Source of the DNA: Candidatus Cloacimonadota bacterium
GTDB taxonomy: Bacteria > Cloacimonadota > Cloacimonadia > G963667145
Direction of reading: 5' to 3'
Length of the DNA stretch: 64,000 nt
Assembly (NCBI GenBank): GCA_963676615.1
Contig: OY781092.1
Coordinates: 1,312,001-1,376,000 of the forward strand
This document shows positions 20,105-29,635 of this stretch, piece by piece; the first letter of the stretch is position 1, and every line of letters starts with the position of its first letter. The position numbers were made by a program, and so were the translations under genes. Below the pieces are notes generated by a model. It had not been told where the DNA came from. It saw only the letters and a list, made by a program, of their open reading frames with translations, and did not search any database.

Positions 20105-21201
20105 TCCGCTTTCTCCAAAACCAGCCGAATCAACTTCGACACCTCTTCAGACGCCGACTTGCTGCCGATATTTTGCCGAATCGCATCGATATCCTGCTTC
20201 AGCTGCCGATGATGCTCGCCCTGCTTCAAATAGTAGTCGATATTTTCGCTGATTTTCACAAAATTCACATCTTTCTGCAAAAGCTCCGGCACCACCTGTT
20301 TTCGCATAATAATATTCGGCAAACCGACAAAATCCAGCCGCACAAACCGCTTGGCAAGCGCATACATCAGCGCATCGGCAATATACACAATGATAAACGG
20401 CGTATCGCACAAAGCCGCCTCCAGAGTCGTCGTTCCCGACTTCACAATCAAAAAATCGCAATAAGTCAGCACATCGTAATTATTTCCGCGCGCCAAGACA
20501 GCGTTTTCGATATTCCGAAAATAACCAGAATCCACCGAATCGCTCACCGCGATAACAAACTCGAAATTTTCATACGCCTTGCAAACCTTTTTGAAAACGG
20601 GCAAAAGCTTCTTCACCTCCGAATTGCGACTGCCGGGGAACATCCCGATTATTTTTTTGCTCCTAGCCAGCTTAAACTTCTTGCGAAAATCGTCTTCGCT
20701 CAGGCTCGGAGTCAGCTGCTCCATCACAGGATTTCCCACATAAAACGAGCGGATACCCTTGCTCTGCAAAAGTTTATGCTCAAACGGAAAAATCGAAGCC
20801 ACCACATCCACATACTTTTTAATCTTCTTCAATCGCCCGGGCTTCCACGCCCAAAATTTCGGGCAAATATAATAAACCACTGGAATTTTTAGCCGATGAG
20901 CGTATTTCGCCAAAATCATATTCAGACCTGGAAAATCGACCAGCACCACCAAATCTGGGCGCTCATCCCGAAAAATCCGCAAAATCTCTTGCTTCAACCT
21001 CCAAAAAGTCAGCAGCTTTTTTACCACATCGACAAAACCCATCACCGACAGTGAATCGCAATTGCGAATCAAACGACAGCCAGCCAGTTCCATATTGATG
21101 CCGCCAAGTCCGAAATTTTCGCAATCTGGCAGCTTTCGCAAAACGCAACCAGCGTGAACATCGCCCGATTTTTCGCCGACCGACCAAAATATCTTCTTCA
21201 C
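20098..21201 (-). CDS. lpxB: Lipid-A-disaccharide synthase
   Basis: GEKSGD, VDFPGLN, WAWK, PGSRNSE, KSGTTTLE, GLPNI. GTG start 21201 after GGAGG. Confidence 0.93.
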   Translation of the reverse strand: MKKIFWSVGEKSGDVHAGCVLRKLPDCENFGLGGINMELAGCRLIRNCDSLSVMGFVDVVKKLLTFWRLKQEILRIFRDERPDLVVLVDFPGLNMILAKYAHRLKIPVVYYICPKFWAWKPGRLKKIKKYVDVVASIFPFEHKLLQSKGIRSFYVGNPVMEQLTPSLSEDDFRKKFKLARSKKIIGMFPGSRNSEVKKLLPVFKKVCKAYENFEFVIAVSDSVDSGYFRNIENAVLARGNNYDVLTYCDFLIVKSGTTTLEAALCDTPFIIVYIADALMYALAKRFVRLDFVGLPNIIMRKQVVPELLQKDVNFVKISENIDYYLKQGEHHRQLKQDIDAIRQNIGSKSASEEVSKLIRLVLEKAEC

Positions 21202-22190
21202 CGAATCCTCCTGCAAGCCCGCACAATCGTGCTCCGCAGCACCACCTTCGCAGGCAAAGGCGAACTTTTGAGCAAACAATCCGCCTGATGCAACAAATCA
21301 AAAATCTGCAAAACCTCTTTCTGATTATACCTGCTGGCATACTCCAGATAATCTTTGCGAAAAAAAGTGTGCACCTCGGGCAAATGATCCGCCATAATTT
21401 CCGCATCCGTATAATCGCCCCGCAGCGCCACAACCTTGTAGAGCGAGCCAAAAAATCTGCCCAGCACCCCCACAATCATCACCGCCGCAGAGCCAGAAGC
21501 CAGCAGCTGCTCCAAAAACTCCAGCGCTCTTCCGCATTGGCGCAGACCCAAGCAATTTTGCAGCTCAAACACCGAATGCTCCCGAAAGCCCAGCAAATAT
21601 TTTTTAACAGCGTCCTCTTTGATGCTCGCCTGATTGCCAAACAGCAGAAACAGCTTTTCGCACTCCTTGGCGATTTGCGCATAATCCAGCTCGACACTCC
21701 GCGCAAAAGCCTGCAGCGCATCGTTGGTAAACTGCAACTTCGTCGAACGCAAATATTTGATAACATCGCCAACACCATACGGTTTTTTGCAGTTCACCTC
21801 CCGAGATTTCTTGCAAATCGCCGCACAATTTTTGTTCCGCTTGTCAAATTTATCGGCAGTAATCACCAAAATAACGCCCTGCGGCAGCCCTTTAGCAAGA
21901 TACTCCATCACCGCATCACGCTCCGATTTAGACGCCATTTTGTTAAAATAGCTCAGCAGAACGAACTTTTGCGCATACAAAAACGAAAAACTCTCCAGAC
22001 TCGCAAAAAGTTCCTGAGCCGAAGTCTCGTCGCCATAAAGTTTGACAAACTCGGTCTTTTTGGGATTGCAAAGCGCCTCCAGCCGCTTAACCACGGCGCT
22101 CATCAGATAAGAATCGTCGCCATACACCAAGGTCAAAGGGCTGCTTTTCACCGATTTATCTCGAAGGAATTTGTCCGCAAAAATCACCAT
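21198..22190 (-). CDS. holA: DNA polymerase III delta subunit
   Basis: LVYGDDSYL, LYGDE, SFLYAQKFV, ECEKL, ADCLLKS. Start ATG 22190. Confidence 0.85.
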   Translation of the reverse strand: MVIFADKFLRDKSVKSSPLTLVYGDDSYLMSAVVKRLEALCNPKKTEFVKLYGDETSAQELFASLESFSFLYAQKFVLLSYFNKMASKSERDAVMEYLAKGLPQGVILVITADKFDKRNKNCAAICKKSREVNCKKPYGVGDVIKYLRSTKLQFTNDALQAFARSVELDYAQIAKECEKLFLLFGNQASIKEDAVKKYLLGFREHSVFELQNCLGLRQCGRALEFLEQLLASGSAAVMIVGVLGRFFGSLYKVVALRGDYTDAEIMADHLPEVHTFFRKDYLEYASRYNQKEVLQIFDLLHQADCLLKSSPLPAKVVLRSTIVRACRRIR

Positions 22191-22210
22191 TTTTTCTACT
22201 TTATTTTTTT

Positions 22211-23011
22211 TTAAAAACCTGCCAAAATCAGCGCCGCACAAACAAACGAAACCGCAAAACAGTAGAAACCGAAAAACTTCAATTTGCCCACAGAAATCAG
22301 CCGCAAAAGCACGGCAATCACCAAATAGCCGCTCACAAAAGCAAAAAAAGCGCCCAAAACGCAATCGGCAAAATTCACCGACGCAGAAATCTCGTCCAGC
22401 TTGAGCACAAAAGCCCCCGCAATGGCAGGTATCGAGAGCAAAAACGAAAAACGAGCCGCTTCCTCTCGTTTGACTTTCATAAACAGCGACGCGCAAACCG
22501 TCGAGCCGCTGCGAGAAATCCCCGGCACTATCGCCAGAGCCTGCACAACACCAATGGCAATCGCCCGCAAAAAACCCATCTGCCCAGCCTCTAATCTGGC
22601 GTCTTTCACGCTATCCGAGGCGATCAACACAACGCCAGTAATCAGCAGCATCCCGCACACCAGCAAAGGTTTAGCAAAAATCGACTCCAGACTTTGCTCA
22701 AAAATCAGCCCCAAAACGCCCGTCACCACAGTGGCGACCAGCAAAAAAATCACCTCTTTGCGAGCCAGCAAAACCTCTTGGCTCGCATCGCCAAACCGCA
22801 AAAAATCTTTGCACAAACGCAACAAATCTCGCCGAAAATAAAGCAAAACCGCCAAGAGCGAGCCAAGATGCAGCACCACCTCCAGCGAAACATCGCCGCT
22901 CTTCATTCCAAAAAAATGCTTGGCAATCACCAAATGCCCCGACGAGCTAATCGGCAAAAACTCGCTCAACCCTTGCACAACGCCCAGCACCGCAATCTTT
23001 AGATAATACAC
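22211..23011 (-). CDS. uppP: Undecaprenyl-diphosphate phosphatase
   Basis: Motifs QGLSEFLPISSSGH, PGISRSGST and FSFLLSIPAI. Confidence 0.95.
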   Translation of the reverse strand: MYYLKIAVLGVVQGLSEFLPISSSGHLVIAKHFFGMKSGDVSLEVVLHLGSLLAVLLYFRRDLLRLCKDFLRFGDASQEVLLARKEVIFLLVATVVTGVLGLIFEQSLESIFAKPLLVCGMLLITGVVLIASDSVKDARLEAGQMGFLRAIAIGVVQALAIVPGISRSGSTVCASLFMKVKREEAARFSFLLSIPAIAGAFVLKLDEISASVNFADCVLGAFFAFVSGYLVIAVLLRLISVGKLKFFGFYCFAVSFVCAALILAGF

Positions 23012-23029
23012 GCTCTACCGCCTGTTTGC

Positions 23030-24211
23030 CTAATATTTATTCTCAAACGGAAAAAGCCGCGAAACTGGCACGACCTCATAGCCGAGCTTTTGCGCCTCTT
23101 CCAAAAAGAACAGCAAATTCTCCAGCCGCTCCTGATCAAAACAGTGCGAAATCACCACGACCTGATCTTTATTCTTCATCCAGCGCTGCAGGGTCTGCAC
23201 TTTGGTCTTCACCACATCTTTGCTCGAGGCAGGCACATCCAAAAACATATCCCGCTTCGCAGCTGGAATCAGCTTCTCTTTGGCAATTTTATAAGCTTTC
23301 GAGCTACCTATCGTTCTGCTATCCACAAAAAACAACTTCGCATCTTTGAGCTCGTCCAACACTGCGTTCATCACCCGCTGATCTTGCGTCGCGCGCGAGC
23401 CCATATGATTGTTCGCGCCAACGGCTTTCGGCAAAATCTTCAGATAGCTCTTGACTCGCTTCTTGATCTCGCCATCGCTCAAATCGACCATAATCGCGTT
23501 ATCGCCGGGGGAATTTTTCGGGTAGCTCAACGGCTCCATCGGCAGATGCACCAGCACCTCGTGTCCGCTAACAACAGCGGCGTCCATCACCGAAGTCGCT
23601 TTGGGCAAATTCGGCAAAACCGCAAAAGCTATTCGACTATCAGCCTTGCAAAAATTCGCCAAAAGCTCGCCCTCATATCCGCCAAAATCGTCAACAATCA
23701 CCGCCAGCTTTGGCGCAGGCTTCTCCTCGCCAGGCAAATAGCTAATCGTCGCCGTGTAGATTTTGCCATCTTTGGCACGAGCAATCACCTGATTTTCTTT
23801 GCCTTTGAGCAAAACAGAAGCCTCCAAAATCGTGCTGCCGCCCGCGCGAAAAGCGTTCTTGAGCACCAAAGTCATATAGGTCAAATCCAGCTGACTCTTG
23901 GGAATTTTCACCTTCAAAATCTCCGAACCGTCCGCATCTTTGCCAAAAGAAAAATTTTTGCCCATCTTCAGATTCAGTTTCACCATACTTTTAGCAAGCT
24001 CACCCTTCAGCCCGCTGAAGCCCAAATCCTCCTGCGGCAGCGTATCTCTGCGTGCCAAATCGCTTGCGCTAAAATATTTACTCAAATCAAAATCTTGCTT
24101 GCCGCTACCTCTCCAAAGCAGATAGCCACCCAAAATCAGCACCGCCAGCACTCCCAGGTGAATCGCCGCCAGCAGCAGATTACTCTTTTTCTTCCGCAAT
24201 TTCCTACTCAT
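23030..24211 (-). CDS. Divergent polysaccharide deacetylase (YibQ family) with N-terminal membrane anchor
   Basis: Motifs AVIVDDFG, HLPMEP, NNHMGS, FFVDSRT and RDMFLD. Confidence 0.88.
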   Translation of the reverse strand: MSRKLRKKKSNLLLAAIHLGVLAVLILGGYLLWRGSGKQDFDLSKYFSASDLARRDTLPQEDLGFSGLKGELAKSMVKLNLKMGKNFSFGKDADGSEILKVKIPKSQLDLTYMTLVLKNAFRAGGSTILEASVLLKGKENQVIARAKDGKIYTATISYLPGEEKPAPKLAVIVDDFGGYEGELLANFCKADSRIAFAVLPNLPKATSVMDAAVVSGHEVLVHLPMEPLSYPKNSPGDNAIMVDLSDGEIKKRVKSYLKILPKAVGANNHMGSRATQDQRVMNAVLDELKDAKLFFVDSRTIGSSKAYKIAKEKLIPAAKRDMFLDVPASSKDVVKTKVQTLQRWMKNKDQVVVISHCFDQERLENLLFFLEEAQKLGYEVVPVSRLFPFENKY

Positions 24212-24512
24212 TCTCGTTCCCCTCTTGGATAAACTTGATAATCACCTCGCCCTCTTTCTGCATCCCATACTCCTCGCGCGCCATTTTCTCCAGCTCCACA
24301 CCCTCACCTTGCACCTTGTCCAGCTCCTCTTGCAACTCCCGATTCTCCTGCGTCAGCGCCTGCTCCTCTTTTTGCAAAACCTCCAGCCTCCGCGACGACT
24401 CGAAACGACTATAAAAACTGTCAGGACCCCAAAATAAAATTTTGAGAAGAAAATACACAATCGCAACAATCAAGCCCCACTTGTAAAAACTCTTTCTATT
24501 CATAAAAGACAA
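24204..24512 (-). CDS. ftsB: Septum formation initiator (FtsB/DivIC family)
   Basis: TM helix, coiled coil and EKMAREEYGMQKEGE motif. Confidence 0.85.
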   Translation of the reverse strand: MSFMNRKSFYKWGLIVAIVYFLLKILFWGPDSFYSRFESSRRLEVLQKEEQALTQENRELQEELDKVQGEGVELEKMAREEYGMQKEGEVIIKFIQEGNENE

Positions 24513-24522
24513 CCTTATCTCC

Positions 24523-25089
24523 TTAATTTTCGCCTTGCTTATAAAAACTCACGACATCCGCCTTAATCGCAGACGACAAAAAATCTGCATAACATTCGGG
24601 AAAAGCACGAATTTGCGACGAGCTCACATCGACAAAATCCATCTGCACAAACTCCAGCTTGTCCGCATAATCTAGCCCTTGCCAAGCTTTTGCGCCCTTG
24701 CGCGAAACCACCACGAACCTCACATTCGCAAGCAAATAATCAAACCGATGCCAACTGCTGAGCCCCGCGACATTATCCTCCCCGACAACAAAAAAATATT
24801 CACGATTTTTCTGCGGAAGTTTTTCCAGCAAATCCGCCGTGTAGCAAACTCCGCCATCGCCTTTATCAAAATCTTGCACAACAAAATTCGGCTGACCCGC
24901 TACCGCTTGCTCCAGCCAGCGCTTTCTCCTGTCAAAATCCGCCACTTGCTGCTTAAATCGATGACAACCAGAGGGCAAAAACCAAACCTTATCCAGCCGC
25001 AGCTCCTGCAAAACCGCTCTCGCCACAGCCAAATGTCCCAGATGTACAGGGTCGAAAGCTCCGCCTAAAAGCCCGATTTTCTCCATCAA
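24523..25089 (-). CDS. nadD: Nicotinate-nucleotide adenylyltransferase
   Basis: GLLGGAFDPVHLGH, VVGED..WH, VSSSQIR. Confidence 0.92.
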   Translation of the reverse strand: MMEKIGLLGGAFDPVHLGHLAVARAVLQELRLDKVWFLPSGCHRFKQQVADFDRRKRWLEQAVAGQPNFVVQDFDKGDGGVCYTADLLEKLPQKNREYFFVVGEDNVAGLSSWHRFDYLLANVRFVVVSRKGAKAWQGLDYADKLEFVQMDFVDVSSSQIRAFPECYADFLSSAIKADVVSFYKQGEN

Positions 25090-25811
25090 TCCGCAAGTTT
25101 ACGCTTTATTTCCGTCGCTTCGTAACTTTGTGGGAAATAGTAGCTCAAATCGTCCGAATACGACTCCGCCTCCGCACGATTGCCGCGCTCCAGATAAATC
25201 AGACAAAGATAATACAAACTCATCTTCATCGGCTCGACCCGCTGCCCATACAGCTCATCCAAAACCTCTTTGAAATACATCACCGCCGACGAGTAATCCA
25301 AAATTTTGTAGTAGATATAACCGTTATAATACTTCTTCAGCGTCAACTGGTAATACGCCTGCTTCAAAAGCTCCTTCGCCTTGTCCGCGTTCGCATCATA
25401 AGGATACAAGCTCAAAAATTTCTTCAAAGTCTCGATCTCCTCGTAGCGCTGCTTTTGGTCATATTGCGGGGCAAGCGCCAGATGCTCATAACACACCGCC
25501 AGATTAAAATAAACCTCGTTCAACTTGGCAAAACGAGGATAATCGTCGAGAATCTGCTTAAGCTCCAAAGACGCCAAATCGTATTGCTGCGTCTTGAGAT
25601 AACACTGCGCAAGCCGAAAGCTGATCTGCTCGGTGCTGCTGCCAATCCGCTGAAAAACCACCGCATCGTAATATGGAATCGCCTTGCTATACTCGCCATT
25701 TTCATAAAAGCTATCGCCCGTGCTAATCTGCTCCGCCAAACTCATTTTGGCGACATCTTTGCCCGCACAACCCAAAAACAAAACCACCAAAAGCGAGAAA
25801 AAAACTCTCAT
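25086..25811 (-). CDS. bamD: Outer membrane protein assembly factor BamD
   Basis: Lipobox FLGC, TPR repeats, 'YDQ' motif and YP motifs. Confidence 0.85.
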   Translation of the reverse strand: MRVFFSLLVVLFLGCAGKDVAKMSLAEQISTGDSFYENGEYSKAIPYYDAVVFQRIGSSTEQISFRLAQCYLKTQQYDLASLELKQILDDYPRFAKLNEVYFNLAVCYEHLALAPQYDQKQRYEEIETLKKFLSLYPYDANADKAKELLKQAYYQLTLKKYYNGYIYYKILDYSSAVMYFKEVLDELYGQRVEPMKMSLYYLCLIYLERGNRAEAESYSDDLSYYFPQSYEATEIKRKLAD

Positions 25812-27308
25812 CTAAAAATTCTCCTGCTTGGGAATATAGTCGAAAAATTTGTAACGATAATCTTCGATTTTCAAAAACCTGAACTGCTCCGAAAACCAAA
25901 GATTAAAATCTTTGTTGCTGCGCTCTTGCTCAATCTTCGTCCGCAAAGCCTCTTTCTCTTTGGCAAACTCGCTCCAGTTCAGCTCATCGCGCTTGCTCAC
26001 ATAGCCGATAGCCGCGCCTTTGCCCGTCAGAGTATCCACCACCAAGGGAGTATATTGCCCCTTATCCAGCTCAAACAAATCTTCCGACAAAGCGGGGAAA
26101 TTACCAATTTCGGGCAACACATCGCCAACCTTCAGGTTGTTCGCCCGCACAATCTCCAGCTTCGCCGCTCTGGCTCTGGTCAGATAATTTTTCTTGCCCG
26201 CATAAAACTTCTGCGCCTGCTCAATGCTCTCGCGCACCCGATTCTGAAACTCCAGCGCTTGCTCCAGCTCATCCTCAATCTGCTCAAACGAAAAAATCGG
26301 CGAAATATCGATACTCTTCAGCGCAAAAACAGCCAACGAGTTTTCACCCTCGACAATCTCCGTGCAATCGCCAACCGCCGCATCGTTAAACAAAAAAGCC
26401 ACCATCTCTGGGCTCGCATCCACCTCTGGAAAAATCGGCGACGCCTTCAGAACTTCCTCCGTCACTTGCGCCTTCAAGCCCATCTCTTTTGCCGCCTGCG
26501 CAAACCCTTTCTCCTTGACGAGCGCCAAAAACTTTTGCAGCTTCTCCTGTGCCTTACCTTTGGCGACATCGTCCGCAAAATCTACCACCACATAATCAAA
26601 AACGCGACTCTCGCCTTTTTTGAAAGCCTGCTTATTCGCCTCATAAAAATCCAGCAGTTCCTTCTGTGTCAGCTTTTTTTCGACCTTCACCTTCTCGGGA
26701 TTAAACCAAATAACCCTAGCATCCAGCTCCTGATTTTGGTCGATATACTCCTGGCGAACATCGGCGTCCGACACAAAAACTTTTCCGACCACATCCAGCT
26801 GCAGATTCTGAATCAGCAACCTTTGCCGATAAACCGATTCCAGCGCCTCGACATTCAACTGTCCCAAACGCAAAGCCTGCTCATACTTCTCCTGATCGAA
26901 CTTGCCGTCGGTCTGCATCTGCTCCATCTGCTTTATCTGCTCCAGCGGATCGTCCTTTATCGCCTTGGCAATCTGCTTGGCGCTCACCTCCACAGCGTAG
27001 TCGTCAATCGCCTTATTTATCACATAATCTTGCACCATCTGATACCAAACCTGATTATTTATCTGCGCCAGCTGCTCGTTAGACAGCTGCTGACCTCCGC
27101 CCAAAGACTGACTGTAGTTATACACAGCCGCCTCAAAATTTTGGGCAAACTCCTGAATCGTTATCTCTTTGTCGCCGATTACCCCCAGCTCGTTATCCTT
27201 CTCGCTAAAAATCCCCGTTAGACCCATCATCGCCATACCACCCACGAACAAAATCGCCGTGATAATAATCACAATTTTAGAATGCTTCCGTAAAATATGC
27301 ATAAACAT
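25812..27308 (-). CDS. SurA-N-terminal-domain / PpiD-like periplasmic chaperone
   Basis: N-terminal TM anchor, 'IGDKEIT', 'DGKFDQEKY' and 'VSDADVRQEY' patterns. No canonical parvulin motif recognised. Confidence 0.75.
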   Translation of the reverse strand: MFMHILRKHSKIVIIITAILFVGGMAMMGLTGIFSEKDNELGVIGDKEITIQEFAQNFEAAVYNYSQSLGGGQQLSNEQLAQINNQVWYQMVQDYVINKAIDDYAVEVSAKQIAKAIKDDPLEQIKQMEQMQTDGKFDQEKYEQALRLGQLNVEALESVYRQRLLIQNLQLDVVGKVFVSDADVRQEYIDQNQELDARVIWFNPEKVKVEKKLTQKELLDFYEANKQAFKKGESRVFDYVVVDFADDVAKGKAQEKLQKFLALVKEKGFAQAAKEMGLKAQVTEEVLKASPIFPEVDASPEMVAFLFNDAAVGDCTEIVEGENSLAVFALKSIDISPIFSFEQIEDELEQALEFQNRVRESIEQAQKFYAGKKNYLTRARAAKLEIVRANNLKVGDVLPEIGNFPALSEDLFELDKGQYTPLVVDTLTGKGAAIGYVSKRDELNWSEFAKEKEALRTKIEQERSNKDFNLWFSEQFRFLKIEDYRYKFFDYIPKQENF

Positions 27309-27535
27309 TTACTCCTTTTTCTTGAAAAAATACAATTTTCTGACTATTTCTATATCTGCTCAAATCTTGACAAGACAAAAAAAGCAATTTTTTAGCAAAC
27401 CTCACTCAAAATTTTTGATTACAAAATTGACCTAGCAAAATCGAACTCAGCTTGAGAAAAACTTGACAAAAATCACAAAAATAAAATCAAACAGAACTAA
27501 ACAAACCTCAAAACTTTAATATAAATTTAAAAAGT

Positions 27536-27688
27536 ATGAACAAAAACAAAAAAATTGGAAAACCATTTTTAAAATGGGCAGGCGGCAAAACTCAGCTGCT
27601 TGACAAAATCGAACAATCGTTTCCTCGCGACCAACAAATTCCTCCACAGCCTAACAAAAAAAACAACAAAGATGACTGCAGATTTTAA
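27536..27688 (+). pseudogene. 5' remnant of a Dam/DpnM-type GATC adenine methyltransferase
   Basis: Hand translation MNKNKKIGKPFLKWAGGKTQLLDKIEQSFP..., stop after 50 codons. KPFLKWAGGK is the Dam-family motif X; the rest of the enzyme is absent. Confidence 0.85.
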
Positions 27689-28451
27689 CTTAAAATTAGC
27701 AAATAGCTACAAAAACAACTCCCAAATAGCAAGAGTGTTAACTGAAGACTGGGTGTTGCGTAATTCCTATTGCCCCAATTGCGGCAAGACTCATTTAAAC
27801 AAATTTGAAAACAATAGACCTGCTGCTGACTTCTTTTGCAGCTACTGCAAAGAAGAATTTGAGCTAAAAAGCAAAAAAGGCAAATTGCCTAATAAAATCA
27901 CAGACGGCGCTTATTCAACAATGATTGAAAGAATAAATTCTAAAAACAATCCAAATTTCTTTTTTCTTACTTATTCAAAAAAATGGAGTGTCGAAAATTT
28001 TCTAGTTATTCCAAAACAGTTTTTCACAGAAGAAATTATTATAAAAAGACATCCTCTTAGCGAAACAGCAAAGCGAGCTGGTTGGATTGGCTGTAATATA
28101 GATATTTCAAAAATTGCAGAAGTAGGCAAAGTTTTTCTTCTAAAAAACACACAACCTATTAGCCCTCAAGTAGTCACTAAAACATTTGAAAACACATTAT
28201 TTTTAAGAGAAAAAAAGAAAGAAACTAAAAGTTGGCTTCTTGACATCCTTAGATGTATTGACAGTATCCACAAAGAAGATTTCACACTTGAAGAAATATA
28301 CCGCTTTGAAAAAATCTTAAAAATAAAATATCCTAACAATAATTTCATAAAAGATAAAATCAGACAACAGTTACAAATTCTTAGAGATAAAGGAATTATT
28401 GAATTTAAAGGGAAAGGTCATTATAAAAAGGTTGATTATGGCAACATTTAA
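27672..28451 (+). CDS. dpnC: DpnI-family (Dam-replacing) methyl-directed restriction endonuclease
   Basis: SQIARVLTEDW, YCPNCG, NNRPAADFFC..C.EEFELKSK, DGAYSTM, RAGWIGCNI, wH domain KIRQQLQILRD. Start placed at ATG 27672. Confidence 0.92.
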   Translation: MTADFNLKLANSYKNNSQIARVLTEDWVLRNSYCPNCGKTHLNKFENNRPAADFFCSYCKEEFELKSKKGKLPNKITDGAYSTMIERINSKNNPNFFFLTYSKKWSVENFLVIPKQFFTEEIIIKRHPLSETAKRAGWIGCNIDISKIAEVGKVFLLKNTQPISPQVVTKTFENTLFLREKKKETKSWLLDILRCIDSIHKEDFTLEEIYRFEKILKIKYPNNNFIKDKIRQQLQILRDKGIIEFKGKGHYKKVDYGNI

Positions 28452-28752
28452 AGTTGAAATTCAAGAATTTTTGTCAAGAATTGTAAAAATTAAAGCTGAA
28501 AATATATCCGATGCTATTTCTATAGTAGAAGAAAAATACAAAAAAGCTGAAGTAGTTTTAGACTATAATGATTTTGTAGAAGTAAACTTTGTTAATAAAA
28601 ATAAACAAAGTAAAAAGGATGAATTGAATCAGCTAATTAAAGAAGTTGTAGAATATCTTTATGTTGATGAAGAAAGACATTTTGAAGAATCTGATAAACC
28701 CAAAAATCACATCTTCAGCAAAATAAAAAGAATTAAGGACTTAACTAATTAA
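28438..28752 (+). CDS. dpnD: DpnD/PcfM-like protein
   Basis: MATFKVEIQEFLSRIVKIKAEN...AI..VEEKY..EVVLDYNDF; overlaps the DpnI stop. Confidence 0.8.
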   Translation: MATFKVEIQEFLSRIVKIKAENISDAISIVEEKYKKAEVVLDYNDFVEVNFVNKNKQSKKDELNQLIKEVVEYLYVDEERHFEESDKPKNHIFSKIKRIKDLTN

Positions 28753-28769
28753 TTTTTGTTTTATTCGAC

Positions 28770-29513
28770 ATGATTTTTGCAGACCCACCCTATTTTCTTT
28801 CAAATGACGGCTTAACCATTGAGAACGGAAAAATCACCTCGGTAAATAAAGGAGATTGGGACAAATCGCAAGGTTTTGATTTCATCAATAATTTTAACCG
28901 GGAATGGCTAAAATTAGCACGCAACAAGATGAAAGACAACGCCACAATTTGGATAAGCGGCACAATGCACAATATTTTTAGCGTCGGTCAAATTCTTACT
29001 GAATTAGGGTTTAAAATTTTAAATATTGTTACTTGGCAAAAAACAAATCCTCCTCCAAATTTTTCCAAAAAATATTTCACTCACTCAACCGAGCAAATAA
29101 TCTGGGCAAGAAAATCTCAAAAAACGCCTCATTTCTACAACTACGATTTGATGAAAAAAATAAACAACGACAAGCAGATGAAAGATGTTTGGACTTTGCC
29201 AGCTATCGCACCGTGGGAAAAATCCTGCTCAAAGCATCCAACACAAAAGCCACTTTCAGTTTTAACAAGAATTATCCTAGCATCAACCCAAAAAAACGCA
29301 ACCATTTTAGACCCATTTGCAGGAAGCAGCACAACAGGAATCGCTGCGAACTTAACAGAGCGCAAATTTTTGGGAATTGACACAGAAAAAAAATTTTTGG
29401 ACATTAGCATCAAAAGAAAAAAAGAGATCGAAAACGCCAACATCGCCAAAAAATACAAAGCAAAAATCAAAGGATTTGCGACAAACACACAACTTGACGC
29501 CATTTTACTTTAA
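28770..29513 (+). CDS. dpnA: DpnA-like (M2.DpnII) beta-class N6-adenine methyltransferase, apparently N-terminally truncated
   Basis: Begins abruptly at MIFADPPYFLSN. KGDWDK, WISGTMHNI, WQKTNP, YFTHSTE, KQMKDVW, HPTQKP and LDPFAGS follow DpnA closely. Confidence 0.85.
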   Translation: MIFADPPYFLSNDGLTIENGKITSVNKGDWDKSQGFDFINNFNREWLKLARNKMKDNATIWISGTMHNIFSVGQILTELGFKILNIVTWQKTNPPPNFSKKYFTHSTEQIIWARKSQKTPHFYNYDLMKKINNDKQMKDVWTLPAIAPWEKSCSKHPTQKPLSVLTRIILASTQKNATILDPFAGSSTTGIAANLTERKFLGIDTEKKFLDISIKRKKEIENANIAKKYKAKIKGFATNTQLDAILL

Positions 29514-29635
29514 AAATCTAAAAACACTTCGATAAAATCAGCCCCATTCCTCCACTAAACCGACAAAATCGCTTGACAACTTCTGTCTCGGCAAAAAATT
29601 CTTCAAAATTTTCTTTAATAAAAGGGTGGATTTGA

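Noticed and set aside
25128..27221. 697-aa + strand ORF
   Set aside because: Antisense shadow of bamD and the ppiD-like gene; low-information L/Q/R/H-rich translation.
27656..27663. A8 tract as a phase-variable switch fusing the Dam stub to DpnI
   Set aside because: A-runs of this length are very common in this sequence, so there is no specific support.
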